DNA from: Rhizophagus irregularis
Lineage: Eukaryota
Assembly: GCF_026210795.1 (NCBI RefSeq)
Contig: NC_089432.1
Location: forward strand, 1,116,001-1,180,000
Direction of reading: 5' to 3'
DNA: 64,000 bases
Of the stretch, positions 1-12,650 are shown piece by piece (position 1 is the first letter of the stretch; every line of letters begins with the position of its first letter). The notes under the pieces were generated by a model. That model had not been told where the DNA came from. It worked only from the letters and a program-made list of their open reading frames with translations, and made no database searches. The translations under genes were made by a program, and so were the position numbers.

Positions 1-322
1 AACGTAACTCTGTTATTCTGGAATTAAAATTAACTTTAACATCTAAATTTAGCATTGGTATTTACAATTCATATAAACGAAAGTATCAAGCTCGGAAAGC
101 AGCCAAAAGAGTCTAAAAAAATGACCATAATGGAAATAACAAGTCAATTAATTACCCATGGCAGGGGAAGTATTGCGTCAAACCTTTTTAATTGTATCAT
201 AGGCAATAAATAAAATAGTGATTATTATTACTTATAGCCAAAAAATATCTTTTTATTTTATATAAAAAAATTTCTTCAATAAAAAAAAAATATCACGTAT
301 CACAGTCTAATAGTAAATATTT

Positions 323-537
323 AGGACTCGAGCACTGTAATAGGTAAACACAGAATAGGCCAAAATAGCTATGAAAATCTTACCTTTTTTAAATATTTTT
401 CGGTAATGTTGGTCAGAATTTATTATTTATTTTAGTAACTGACTGACATTATTATAATTCCGGCCCTGAAAAAATGTGTAGATAATAGTAATATTTTGCT
501 AATTTTCTATGACCTATTTATATAGTGCTCGGGTCCT
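323..537. mobile_element. MITE, 'AGGACCC' family, 8-bp TSD
   Basis: TIRs AGGACTCGAGCACT...AGTGCTCGGGTCCT; flanks aaatattt/aaatactt (7/8); internal ATAATTCCGGCCCTGAAAAAA core shared with copies at 16089, 19742, 48654 and 62911. Confidence 0.8.
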
Positions 538-935
538 AAATACTTATCATGAAATCAAAAGTATCATGAAATCAAAAGGTTTAATCTAGATCCTAAAAAT
601 AGAAAAAATTTGACCTAAAAAAATTCATCATAAGCTATTTCTTCAGATTCATAAACATATATAGCCCTTCGCTTCGCTCCGGACATAAGATTTAAAACAA
701 CAATTTTTTTTTTAAACAATATTTAATTATTTATATTATGCAATAATTGAACAATTGTTAGATATGCACAGTTATTATTACCACAACTGATCGGCATAGT
801 TGCACCGGCTTCATATAGTATTTAACTGCAGTACAGAAAGTGATCAACAAAACAGTATTACTAATATAAATACGTTTGTGAAAAAAAAAAAAAAAATTTA
901 AACTCTATTTTTTTTCTTGTTTAAATTATTCTAAA

Positions 936-1916
936 ATGTCTAATAAGCAAGTTAATTTCAAAACTAAAAATTTATTATATGAATTTTCTCAAATTATTCA
1001 AAATTTTGATAAAATTAATATAAAAGAAACTGAACCTATTATAAATGATTATATTTTTGAAGGAGATTTAAGTATCATGATTGATGATTTGGTTGATCTT
1101 ATTTTTATGAAATTAAATGAAGGGAAAGACGCAATAATAATAAAGCAACATGTTTTTAACTATCTTAATAATCACAAAATTATTTTACAAGAAATTCATA
1201 GTTGGCTTTCAAACAACCAAAATAATTCAAATTCTAATTATTTGTTTGGATATGTTAATTATCATGGAATTGGAACTAATTCTGACAGGAAAAAGGCAAT
1301 TGAATTATATAAAAAAGCAGCAGAGTTAGAAAATAATGTAGCTCAATTAGATCTTATTCATATATATATTCATGGAAAAGATAATGAGATAAATTATAAT
1401 TTAGCATTTAAGTTATCTAAAAAATTAGCAGAAAAAGAAATTCCAAGTGCAATATATAGTCTAGGCTATTGTTATTTCAGGGGAATTGGTACTGTTTATG
1501 ATACAAAAAAAGCATTTGAATTATATCAAAAGGCAGCAGATTTAGGAAATTCAAATGGAATAAACAACTTAGGTTGGTGTTATTATGGTGGAATTGTAAT
1601 TAAGTCTGATGATCAAAAAGCATTTGAATTGTTTCAGAAAGCAGCAGATTTAGAAAATTTAAGTGGAATAAATGGTTTAGGATGTTGCTATGAAAAAGGA
1701 GTTGGGACTGATATTAATAAACAAAAAGCATTTGAATTATATAAAAAAGCAGCAGAGTTGGGAAGTAATTCAGCTCAATATAATCTTGCTAAGATGTATG
1801 AAATTGGAAGTGGAGTTGAAAAGGATATGGATCAAGCAGTATATTGGTACCAAAAATCTGCTGAGCAGGGATACAAATATGCTCAAATAAAAGTAAATCA
1901 ACTTTTAAAAAAATAA
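936..1916 (+). CDS. Kinase-less Sel1-like repeat protein, 6 SLRs, single exon
   Basis: 326-aa ORF; 36-aa repeats LGxCYxxGIGTxxxxxKAFELYQKAADLG, terminal repeat AQYNLAKMY...AVYWYQKSAEQG; N-terminal QNFDKINIKETEP motif. Confidence 0.92.
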   Translation: MSNKQVNFKTKNLLYEFSQIIQNFDKINIKETEPIINDYIFEGDLSIMIDDLVDLIFMKLNEGKDAIIIKQHVFNYLNNHKIILQEIHSWLSNNQNNSNSNYLFGYVNYHGIGTNSDRKKAIELYKKAAELENNVAQLDLIHIYIHGKDNEINYNLAFKLSKKLAEKEIPSAIYSLGYCYFRGIGTVYDTKKAFELYQKAADLGNSNGINNLGWCYYGGIVIKSDDQKAFELFQKAADLENLSGINGLGCCYEKGVGTDINKQKAFELYKKAAELGSNSAQYNLAKMYEIGSGVEKDMDQAVYWYQKSAEQGYKYAQIKVNQLLKK

Positions 1917-1932
1917 ATTATATTTATTACTA

Positions 1933-2114
1933 CAGTCAAACCTTTATATAACGATATGTCGGGACATATATGAAATTTTTAGAAAATATCGTTATATCAA
2001 AGTTATGCCGATATTTATATGTCCTCACATATAGTAGGAAAATAAAATTTTATCGGTATAACAAGTTTTTAATAGTATCGGTATATCGAATATCGGTATA
2101 TCGAGGTTAGACTG
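1933..2114. mobile_element. Tc1/mariner-pogo-like MITE
   Basis: TA|CAGTCAAACCT...AGGTTAGACTG|TA; subterminal TATCGGTATA repeats; the homologous 3' flank of the 34012 paralog lacks it. Confidence 0.8.
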
Positions 2115-2949
2115 TATATTATAAATTAAGAGTAAAAATAAAGTAATTCGCTATTCAAATATTCTTTACTAATTTGAATTAATAAGAATCTATAACTGCA
2201 AAACTCAAATTATTAATACAAAATACATATGAAAAATATATGAAGTCAGTGATTTATTAGCTAAAAATAAATAACCATAAATAAATATATTGTAAAAATT
2301 TTTTATAATGGCCTCTTATAATTATATTATAAGGTTTAAGCAAATAATTTTTTTTTTTCAGAAAAAAAATTTAAAATTTCTTTTATTATACTACTATTTC
2401 ATAAAATAATAATATATTTAAAATACTTTTTATTTGTTTTTGTAATATTATAACATAATTTAAATAAATAATTTATTTATTAAAAATCCAACTGGTTATA
2501 TTGGTTGTTGGTTCTAAAATATTACACAAAATTAAAGTTATCAACCAAAGTTAAGGAATTTATCAAGGTGTTGGAACTATAACTACTTTATTAAATTATT
2601 TTGGTTTATTTAGTTTGATGTCTGAATATTTTTACAATATGTGCATATACATACTTTACTGAAATCCGTAAAATTGGGGCTATGTAGTAGCTATATTGCC
2701 GCTATTTATATAGTAGGCGTATGGCTACTTTATATTCGATGCAGTTGAATTGATTCAATATAAACGGATGTATAGACAGTTGTAAAGCAACTATATAGAA
2801 AATAAACATTATTATGAAGTACAGTAAATATAGTAAATATTGCTAATTTGAAGTAAATTTATAATGACATATGGTGCTGTTATAGTAAATATATGGTAAA
2901 TATATTAGGTAAAATCATTATGTTTCCAAAAGTAAACATTTTCAACATC

Positions 2950-4900
2950 GAAGATCCAAGCTGACTGCCTAAAAAAAAAAAAGAAAGAAACAACAAACAT
3001 AGTAAAGTTCTGTTAAAACGAAAGTATTAAAAGGAACCATCGAAAACTTACCAAATCAAAAAATTATCGAGTTAAAGTTCCAACCAAAAAATCCATGCTT
3101 GAACATCTAAAAAAAGGAGGAGAACAAACTGTTAGAAAACGTTTCATTAAATCAGTTATAGAAAAAAGCCTCTTTGGTTTCCGTACCGAAATCCTGCACT
3201 AACAAAGATTTGAAGTATCAGTCGTCTAAAAAAAAGGGAAAACAAAATAAACTTAAAAAAAAATAAAAAAAAGAAACCATAAAAGTTAGTTTCCACCAAA
3301 ATTCCGCGCGATCTTTAGCCGTCTAAGAAAGAAGTAAATGAGATGTTAGTGAGCATTTCGTTAAAAAAATGAAAAAAAATGCAAGTTCTCACCGAAATTA
3401 ATGTTCCAAAATCATTTAAAAAATCCCCGGTTTGCATTTTGCCGTCAAAAGGGAACGAATTTTTATTTTTCTGTTTCCTTAAAATCCGTAAATTTCATGG
3501 TTTACTTTTTCAACCAGAATCACATTTTCCGAACTCGTCTAAAAAAAAAAAGAACGAAACGTTAACGTTAAAGACTGTTTCGTTAAAAGAAATATATTGA
3601 AAAAATTGCTGTGTTCCTAAGTTCAAAAAAAAGAAAATTTTCCGAATTCCTACCAAAATCCACATCCTAGTTCCGACTAAAATAAAAAGATGAAATGTTA
3701 AATTCGTTAAAATTAACAAATCAAAAAAAAAAACATCTTACAATTTCTCACCAAGAAAAATAAGAAAATCTTTGATTTTCTAGCGTCCTGATTGAAAAAG
3801 AAGAAAAAGATAAAACGTTAGAAGATGTTTCATTAAAATAAATAGTTGAGAAAAAAAAAGCCTACCGAAATCTGTATCCAAAAGTTCAAAAAATAAGTCA
3901 CCTAAAAAAGAGAAAGAAACGTTAATAGACGTCTCATCAAATAATACTTCAAAAAAATATTTCCATCCTATCGAAATCTTACACATCCAATGACTTGGTC
4001 GACTAATAAAAGAAAAAATTGAAGCATTGGTACTAAACTACTAATCTTTCTCTTTTTAGGTTTTGTCCCTTCAAATGCGTGGGATTTTGGTGAGAAATTG
4101 GACAGTGTTTATGTTTCTATATATTTCTTTAAGGAAACGTATACTAAAGGCAAAAGAGACATTGAATGATTGAAACATAAAAAAAAGAAATATCGAAACC
4201 TAAAAGAAGTAAGTTAATTGATTTAGTAGTGAAGATAAATAGATAAAATGAAAATAAAATTGCACATCCAGAAAATCGGCAATACCTAAAAAAGAAAGAT
4301 AACACCAAAACGTAAAAAGAAGCTGAAATCTACAAAAAAAGAGAATCAAAAGTCAATAACAAATACGAACTAGGAAGAAATAAAAAAAACGAAAAAAATG
4401 GACGGTCACTTCCATTTCCAGAAAGAATCAAAAGAGAAAAACTAATGTTAATAAAGTTCGTTAATATAAAGTAATTAATGAAAAAAAAATTACCACCGGA
4501 ATCCCAAAGAGAACCGCCTAGATAAAAGAAAGTAAATGACCTGTTGGAAACTGTTCGCTGAAATAAAAGCAAAAATTGAATAATTTAGTTACCAAATTCG
4601 TGTTTAAGGAGACTGAAAGAACCACCTAAAAAAAAATCAAAACGTTAGAAAACGTTTTGTTAAAATAGATAATTAAGAAATAAAATTCTCACCGTATTCC
4701 CACACGTCAAATTCGTCACAATAGCCAAAGAACCAAGTTATCTAAAAAAAGTAAGAAAAAACAACTATTAAAAATCGTTTGTTAAAATAAAACAATTAAA
4801 AAAGACAAGCTTACCAAAATTCGCATCTAAGGAGACTGGAAAAAACCACCTAAAAAAAAGAAAAAAAGTGAAACGCTAGAAACGTTTTATTAACTTCGTT
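2950..4900 (-). repeat. Diverged tandem array of micro-exon/intron-like units
   Basis: On the minus strand: repeated GT(A/G)AG-like donor, CTAAC/TTAAC branch and TTTTTAG acceptor bracketing 21-55-nt segments ending in GRATTTYG, e.g. introns 4626-4692 and 4742-4814. Confidence 0.65.
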
Positions 4901-5310
4901 TTTTCAAACAAATAGTGCAAGAGAAGCAGAAAAGAGGAAGGGAAATGTAAAAGTAAGGGATAAGGGAAGGAAAAGGAAAAGGAAAACGATGTAGAGATGA
5001 AGGAAAGGCATGAAGGGAAGTGAAATGGCAAGCAAAGGAAAAGGAAAGAGTGAAAAAAGTTTTTAAAAGAGTTTAAAAGTTAGTTGATCAAACTGCGGAT
5101 TATATCACGTGATACACGTGATACATAATTTTATATAAATAGAGCTTTTCCCCGAAATTTGAATTTTTTTTATTTTAATGATGTGTATATATGTGCTCAT
5201 ATACATATATATATATATATATATCTATTATAAACTTTACGAAAAGCCCTCAGGTAGAGGTCATTAGTACCTATAGGGGGGAGAGTCTTCACTATCCTTT
5301 TTCTGTGTTA

Positions 5311-5635
5311 AAGCCGATTTCAATTCCATAATAATTAAAATATCTAAGTAAATAAATAGACTTTGAATTAGTTTGGTTATTTAGAAGGTAATTAAAAATA
5401 TCTTGTGAAATTATCTTATAATTTAAAACATATCGTTTTATTACGATTTCATCTTCTCCTTCATTTGATTTCTTAAAAATAAGTTCACCTAATTCATCAA
5501 TAATAATACTTAAATCTCCTTCAAAAATATTTTTATTAATATTTCTCCTGTTGTAGGTTCTATTTCTTTTATACTAATTTTATCAAAAGTTTGTATAATT
5601 TGAGAAAGTTTAAGTAATGAATTATAGTTAGACAT
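5311..5635 (-). pseudogene. SLR gene remnant (N-terminal part only)
   Basis: Aligns by eye to paralog 5' ends (SQIIQTFDK...EIEPTT...IFEGDLSIIIDEL...Y.NYYGIE); frameshifted, truncated in the first repeat. Confidence 0.8.
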
Positions 5636-5830
5636 TATGAGGTAGTTTAACGAAATAGAAATAAGAAATATATAGAAATATACAGAAATATTTTATTTTA
5701 CAACATTTTTATTTAAATGTTTTTTAACACTGCAGTTTTTGTACATCCGCAGCAAAGTTTATTGTACTTTACTATTAGCCGCTGGTCACACGGGCTCACG
5801 GCTCAGGCGTGGAATTTAACCGAGTCATAT

Positions 5831-6029
5831 CCCTATAAAAAATTTTTATCCGAATATTTCCATTATTTCTCCGTGTCTTCCGTAAAAATTCCGTGAAAAT
5901 GATACATTCACGGATATCCGTGTTAGCGAGATGAAAATTTCCATGATTTAAGGCTATAAATTCCATGAAAATGATACATTCATGGAAAAAACATGGAAAG
6001 ATAAAACACGGATCAGATTTTTTACAGGG
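5831..6029. mobile_element. MITE with CCCT(A/G)TA termini, 3-bp TSD (CACTA/CMC-like)
   Basis: tat|CCCTATAAAAAAT...ATTTTTTACAGGG|tat; internal duplicated TTCC(G/A)TGAAAATGATACATTCA. Confidence 0.7.
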
Positions 6030-6401
6030 TATGATTGTCAAACTAAAATATTACGATAATGAACATGATATAGCCACTGTTCAATTATGTTCATAAATTT
6101 TTGTGCATTATCTATATTCTTAATGTTGATTTTTGATCAATATTATACTTTATAGGAAATGTAGCAGCTACGTCATATTTATAATGGTTTATGATAGGAG
6201 GTGTAAATCACTAAACCTTTTATATAGTATCAATTATCATAGATTTTATTTGATAAAGATTTAATAAATGATTATCACAGAATTGTTTTTCCACCATAAA
6301 ATGACTACCATCCAATAAATTATCCCATTTATTGTTATATTAAAGGTAATTATAATAAAAAAGATTGTTTATTGCTAATGACCAAGAAAAAAAGTAAATG
6401 A

Positions 6402-7400
6402 TTATTTTTCTAAAAGAACTTTCAACTTATTTTTCGCATATTGGTATTCTTGTTCAGCAGATTTTTTGTACCAATATATTGCTTGATCTATATCTTTTTT
6501 AACTCCAATTCCATATTCATACATATAAGCAATATTATATTGGGCTGTATCATTTCCAAAATTTGCTGCCTTCTGATATAATTCAAAGGCCATTTGCTTA
6601 TCAATATCAGTTCCAATTCCTTTATAATAACACCATCCTAAGTTACTTATCCCAGTTGAATTTTCTAAATCTGCTGCTTTTTGAAATAATTCAAATGCCT
6701 TTTGTTTATTAACAGCAGTTCCAATTCCTTTAAAATAACACTGTCCTAAGTTTTTAATTCCAGCCGAATTTCCCAAATCTGCTGCTTTTTGATATAATTC
6801 AAATGCTTTTTGCTCATTAAGATCAGTACCAATTCCATTGTTATAACAATAACCTAAGTTATTTATTCCACTTGCGTACTCTTCTTTTGCCAACTTTTCA
6901 GATAATTGAAAAGCCAAATTATAATCATTATCAATATTTTTTCCATAAATATGCATATTTGCAATATCTATTTGAGCTACTATATTTTCCAACTCTGCCG
7001 CTTTTTGACATAATTCAATTGCTTTTTGTTTATTAGAATTAGTTCCAATTCCATGATAATTAAGATATCCAAATAAATAAATAGAATTTGAAGTATCTTG
7101 ATTATTTAAAAGCCAGTTATAAATTTGTTGTAAAGTTATCATTTGATAATTAATATAATTAATAACATGTTTCTTCATTGATTCTTTACTTTTTCCTTCA
7201 TTTATTTCCTTAAAAATAAGATTAACCAATTCATTAATTACAATATTTAAGTCTCCTTCAAACACGTATTCATTAATATTTTCAGTTGTAGGTTCTATTT
7301 CTTTTATATCCATTTTGTCAAAGTTTTTAATATTTTGAAAGAAATCATGTAATAAATTTATATTATTATTAGAATCTAAATTTGGTTTGTTATTGGACAT
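6402..7400 (-). CDS. Kinase-less SLR protein, 6 SLRs
   Basis: 332-aa ORF, same architecture as 936..1916. Confidence 0.92.
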   Translation of the reverse strand: MSNNKPNLDSNNNINLLHDFFQNIKNFDKMDIKEIEPTTENINEYVFEGDLNIVINELVNLIFKEINEGKSKESMKKHVINYINYQMITLQQIYNWLLNNQDTSNSIYLFGYLNYHGIGTNSNKQKAIELCQKAAELENIVAQIDIANMHIYGKNIDNDYNLAFQLSEKLAKEEYASGINNLGYCYNNGIGTDLNEQKAFELYQKAADLGNSAGIKNLGQCYFKGIGTAVNKQKAFELFQKAADLENSTGISNLGWCYYKGIGTDIDKQMAFELYQKAANFGNDTAQYNIAYMYEYGIGVKKDIDQAIYWYKKSAEQEYQYAKNKLKVLLEK

Positions 7401-7879
7401 TATAAAGTTATTTTATTGCAAAAAATTTTATGAAATAAGGAGAAAGAAAATCACGTAATTTTAAATTTTTTTTTTTTTTTGTTCTACAACATATTTAACA
7501 CTGCAGTGCTGATCAGTTCTTGTGTTTCCACAACGATTTTTGAGCTACCTTAGCTTCATTGTATCGACAACCTTTCGTGTAACATCAATTATCTTGTCAA
7601 CGGCAAAAAAATTCATATATATGATTTCGGTGCAAATTTATCGTCGATCATTAGTAATTTTTTACTGATACCCGATTTTCATTTCTTAAATAATTCTTTT
7701 TATGTGAACTCATTCAAACAACAACATATTTTTAATTTAATATAACGAAGTTTTAAATAGTTACATAATTTTTTACTTTTATTTGACGCCACTCCAGATT
7801 CCCTCTACAGATCATTGCAGCTGACCCGTGGATAACGAATTAAGTAAAAATAAATAAATAAATAAAGATTTAATTTAAT

Positions 7880-8060
7880 TATTGTCTTGTCAACTATAAA
7901 TATAATTAAGAACATGTTAATATATTGATTCTTCATCTTTTCCTTTATAAAATTATGATTAGCTGATTCATCCACCAAAATTCATCAAAGATACGAATGT
8001 CTCATCTGATTTTTTTGGCTGTTTCTTTAATATTTATTTTATTATTAAAATAGAATAAGA
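7880..8060 (-). pseudogene. Highly decayed SLR 5' remnant
   Basis: Patches such as atataattaagaacatg...ttttcct...gattagctgattcatc and tttctttaatatttatttta resemble paralog N-terminal coding DNA. Confidence 0.4.
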
Positions 8061-8594
8061 TATATTATTGAATTATTATGATATAGTATTTAAATGAATA
8101 CCAATACCCTGCCTATCTTTCCTTTCACTTTCGGAGGGAATATTTATTATGTTACGACTTTGATCATATATTTGATGAGGTTAATAAAATTGAAAATAAT
8201 AGTTTAGAAATATCACATTTAACATTATGGACATTAAATTATAACAAATGTAACAAATGTATACTATAAGAATTAATAATAGGAGGATTAATTTTAAAAT
8301 GTATACATAGCTCTAGTAATTGAAATCTCTGGAATTGTAAATCATATATTGTAATTTATTATTTTTTACACAATATATTTTTAAGTGCAATGACAAATTT
8401 TAATAATCATAATATGAATTGCTTATTACGTCTGTCACTCTGTTACGCATAATATGTATTTATTTTGATAATCATGTGATTATGACGTACAAAAGAATAA
8501 AAAGAATAAAAAGAATAAAAAGATAAAAAAGAGTAATTATTTAAAACTAAGTTGCAAAAGAATTAAAAAATTAAATGGTAAGTTGACAATAAAT

Positions 8595-9263
8595 TAATTG
8601 ACTCCTACACAAACATAATATAAAGGTCCTATGCTTTTCATTCCAGATAAACATCCTAAAACTGCTGCTTCATGAAATAATTCAAATGCTTTAGTATAAT
8701 TAATATCAGTTCTAAAAACAAACATCAAAATCATCATCGTCTAAATAATCATATTCTTCTTCTGCTAATTTTTTAGATAATTCAAAAGTTGGATAATGAT
8801 AATTAGTATCATACTTGTATATATTAGTGATATTTAATTGAACCATGCTATCTTTCAACCCTATTGCTTTTTGACATAATTCAATTCCCTTCTGCTTGTT
8901 AGATTTAGACCCGATTCCGTAATAACTAAAACATCCAAGTAAATAAACATTATTTGAAATATTTTGATTATTTAAAAGGTAACAATTAATTTCTTGCAAA
9001 GTTATCTCTTGATTATTAATATAATCGAGAACGTGTTCCTTTATTGGTTCTTCATATTCCCCTTCATTTAGTTTCTTAGAAATAAGATTAATTAAATCAT
9101 CAATCACATCATCTAAATCTTCGGAAATATATTTATTGATATTTTCGGTTGTAGGTTCTATTTCTTTTATGTTTATTTTATTAAAATTGAGTAAAATTTG
9201 AGAAAGTCCATTATGTAAATTATTAGTATTTGCAATATCTGAATTAAATTGTATATCAAACAT
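8595..9263 (-). pseudogene. Truncated/frameshifted SLR gene (183-aa ORF 8712..9263)
   Basis: N-terminal domain plus 2 degenerate SLRs, then an acidic tail and stop; a further SLR (TDINYTKAFELFHEAAVLG) continues in the +1 frame. Confidence 0.75.
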
Positions 9264-11172
9264 TGTAAATTTAATAATGAGAGGAAAAGAAGAAAAGAAT
9301 GTACTGTAAATAATGCGTAACTTTTCACGACATATTTATTTATTTATTTGTATGGTATATTAAATGTAGATCTCCTGCGGCAATTTTTTACGCTAATTGT
9401 GTGACCAAACGGGCCGCTTTTATAAAAAGAATCGTTACATTCATAAAAATATCATTTACTATTGTAATATAATTAGTCCGGAGTGTAACGATAATTGATA
9501 TTATATTTTTAGCTAAATAATTTTTTCCGTTTTTATATTTTTTGATAAAAAGTTTTTAAATAGATAAATTTTTGTAAAATTTTAATAACAAATATGAAAA
9601 ATAAATTACATTAGTTAAAACTATTACTTTTTTAGTAAGATTTTCACAATAATGTGAGGTTATCCCGTGTAACTTGGTTTATTATTTGTTAAAAAAAAAA
9701 TAATTGGCCATTTGATATAAACGCCTAAATAAAACAAAAATAAACAAATTCATTGTTCAAAATTGATATCAGTCAGCGGTCATTTCAGATCACTTGCTGA
9801 TCATTAATTAAAATAATTTTGTGTAACCATAATTGAATATTTCATCATGTAGCTAAAAAAAGAATAATTTTTTTTTTTTGCATATACAAGAAAGTTCGTC
9901 TCAAAAATGAAGTTTTCCTCCAGATGCAACTTAAAAGTAGATGTAAAATACAGTTTAAACGATAATAATATATGTAATTTTACGAGAAGAAAAAGATTTA
10001 CTAAGTTGAAAAAGGTAGTTATTTAGGTAGTTTTTGTGTAAACCACAAAAAGTCAATTTTTATAATAAAAAAAAAAATTTTTGATTTCAATAAAACTTTT
10101 AGCAAAAGCTTTTTTTAACCATTAATTATTTTATTTCTAGCCATAATTTGGCGAAACAAACAACTTTTGTTAAGCTTAGAAGGATGATTATTATACCAGA
10201 TTTTTTGTTATTTATAAATTTTGTTAAAATATTTTAATTAATACGCTAATAAGAATTTTTTTTTTTATTAGAATAATATTATTAGGTCTATTTTGGTGTT
10301 ATAGATAATTTTAAATAGCAAAAATAGTCAAAATATAATGTTTTTTTGTTTATCTATATTAGACCTTTAATACTTAAATCTCGGTATTGTAGTAATCATG
10401 TAAATTTTATAACTTATTAAAAAAAAACTTTAAAATTTTTAAATTTTAGTTCATTTAAAGCAAAAATTATTTATTTATAGAAAGATTCATATTGGATATT
10501 AGGTTTGCTTACCTTGTTAAGCCATGAAATACAAATAGTATAATATAAATAAGTAAAATGTTTTTTTTTATATCTAAAGTGACGTTAAAATAAAAGACAT
10601 TTATAATATATTTAAAAAAAATAAGCAAAAGAAAAAAGTTAAAAAAGTTTTCTTAATACTTTATTAGTTTGCTATATCAAAATAACCATATAATTGACAA
10701 CCTTCACTGGCCAGATGCAACTGAATAAAGTGAAGTTTTTGACTTTTAAAAGGTTTAAAAATATTTTCAAACCTTGAACGAACATGTTTACTATTGTTGG
10801 AAAAAGTGTTACATTCATAAATATGGAGTTACCTTTAACCTGAAAATTCCGATTTTAACGAAATTTAGGCCGGCATTATGAATCTGGCCGGAATTAAGAA
10901 AATTTTGGCCAGAATTATAATTCAAAAATTAATGAATTTTAACTAATCAAACTAATTTAGCCAAATTTAAATATTATATAAATATTATATACCTAAAGAC
11001 TGTATCATATTAAGAATTTGTATTATAATATCATAGTACAAAAAATCTCACCACTCGCTTAAAATGGTTGATTGTTTATTTAAACTGTACTATAGTATAA
11101 ATCTAACGTGATCGTCTTACAATCTTAAATAAAATAAATAATAAAGCTAATTGATATAGAACGATGACACAA

Positions 11173-12063
11173 TTATTTCTCTAAAAGTTCTTCTAATTTA
11201 CTTTGGGCAATTTCATCTCCTTGTTCAGCAGATTTTTTGTACCAATATATTGCTTTATCCATATCTTTTTTAATTCCATCTCCAATTTCATACATATAAG
11301 CAAGATTATATTGAGCTATATCACTTCCTAAATTTGCCGCTTTTTGATATAGTTCAAATGTCTTCTGCTTATCAACATTAGTTCCAATTCCCTTTTCATA
11401 ACACCATCCTAAGTTATTTATTCCAGTCAAATTTTCTAAATCTGCCGCCTTTTGATATAATTCGAATGCTTTTTGTTTATTAACATCGGTTCCAATTCCC
11501 CAATTATAACAATAACCCAAGTTATTTATTCCGCTAACAAATTCTCCATCTGCTAATTTTTTAGATAATTCAAAAGCTAATTTATAATTTTTATCAACAC
11601 CTTTTCCAAGAAGATATACATTTGCAAGATCTATTTGAGCTACTCTATTGTCTAAGTCCGCAGCTTTTTGACATAATTGAATCGCCTTTTGTTTGTTTAA
11701 ATCAGTCCCAATTCCATTATAATAAAAATATCCAAGTAAATAAATAGAATTTGAATTATTTTGGTTATTTAATAGCCAATTATGAATTTCTTGTGAAATT
11801 ATCTCATTACTATTAATATAATTTAAAACAAATAGTTTTATCATTTTTTCATTTTTTCCTTCATTTATTTTCACAAAAATAAGATTAACCAATTCATCGA
11901 TCACGATACTTAAATCTCCTTCATAAATATATTCACTAATATTTTCAATTGTAGGCTTTATTTCTTTTATATTTATTTTATCAAAATTTTTAATAATGTG
12001 AAAAAATTCATTATTCGTATTTGATGTATCAATATAATCTAAATTAAATTGCTTATCTAACAT
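11173..12063 (-). CDS. Kinase-less SLR protein, 5 SLRs
   Basis: ATG at 12063 (MLDKQF) matches paralog starts; an in-frame upstream ATG at 12129 would add 22 hydrophobic aa. Confidence 0.9.
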   Translation of the reverse strand: MLDKQFNLDYIDTSNTNNEFFHIIKNFDKINIKEIKPTIENISEYIYEGDLSIVIDELVNLIFVKINEGKNEKMIKLFVLNYINSNEIISQEIHNWLLNNQNNSNSIYLLGYFYYNGIGTDLNKQKAIQLCQKAADLDNRVAQIDLANVYLLGKGVDKNYKLAFELSKKLADGEFVSGINNLGYCYNWGIGTDVNKQKAFELYQKAADLENLTGINNLGWCYEKGIGTNVDKQKTFELYQKAANLGSDIAQYNLAYMYEIGDGIKKDMDKAIYWYKKSAEQGDEIAQSKLEELLEK

Positions 12064-12650
12064 TTGTAAAAAGAGAAAAAAAAAGAAAGAAAATGCAATA
12101 ATTAAGTTCTGTGTAATTTTTGAAGACATATTTATTATTTATTATTATGGTAGTACTACAGTGCAGATCAGTATTTTTTTTGATCATTAATTCTTGATCC
12201 GGTGATATCCTTTTTTTTCGGATATTCGGATAAATTTTAATCCGCACGTAGATAGCCTTACATAAAATTAATCAAGTTAGGTTCCCCTGCATCGGATATT
12301 AATTTGTGTACCCTTTGCGAAGCAACGTTATCACTAGTTGTCAATTATATTATTGTTTTGTCCGAAGTGTAAGCACAAGGTGATACAAATGTCTCTGATG
12401 TCCGTCCGGCACGTGACTATGCACAACAATGTAATCTTATATATAAACAGTACCTCGGACTTAATAACGGTTTCTGTTTCTTATCTTATCAAAATCATTA
12501 TTATGATATCATTAATGAAATATTAAAGCTTCAAATTTTTATGATGCCAGCCCGAATTTTACATAATTGTACATCGAACGCTAATTTTTTATTTTTGATC
12601 GACGTTATAATTTGACCCGAATTTCTGCAGATCGGCAATTTATGTTAATG

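Noticed and set aside
2950..4900. Possible CRISPR-like repeat-spacer array
   Set aside because: Units are degenerate and variable in length, match splice signals, have no cas genes nearby and sit in eukaryotic DNA
5199..5224. (TA)n microsatellite
   Set aside because: Ordinary simple repeat
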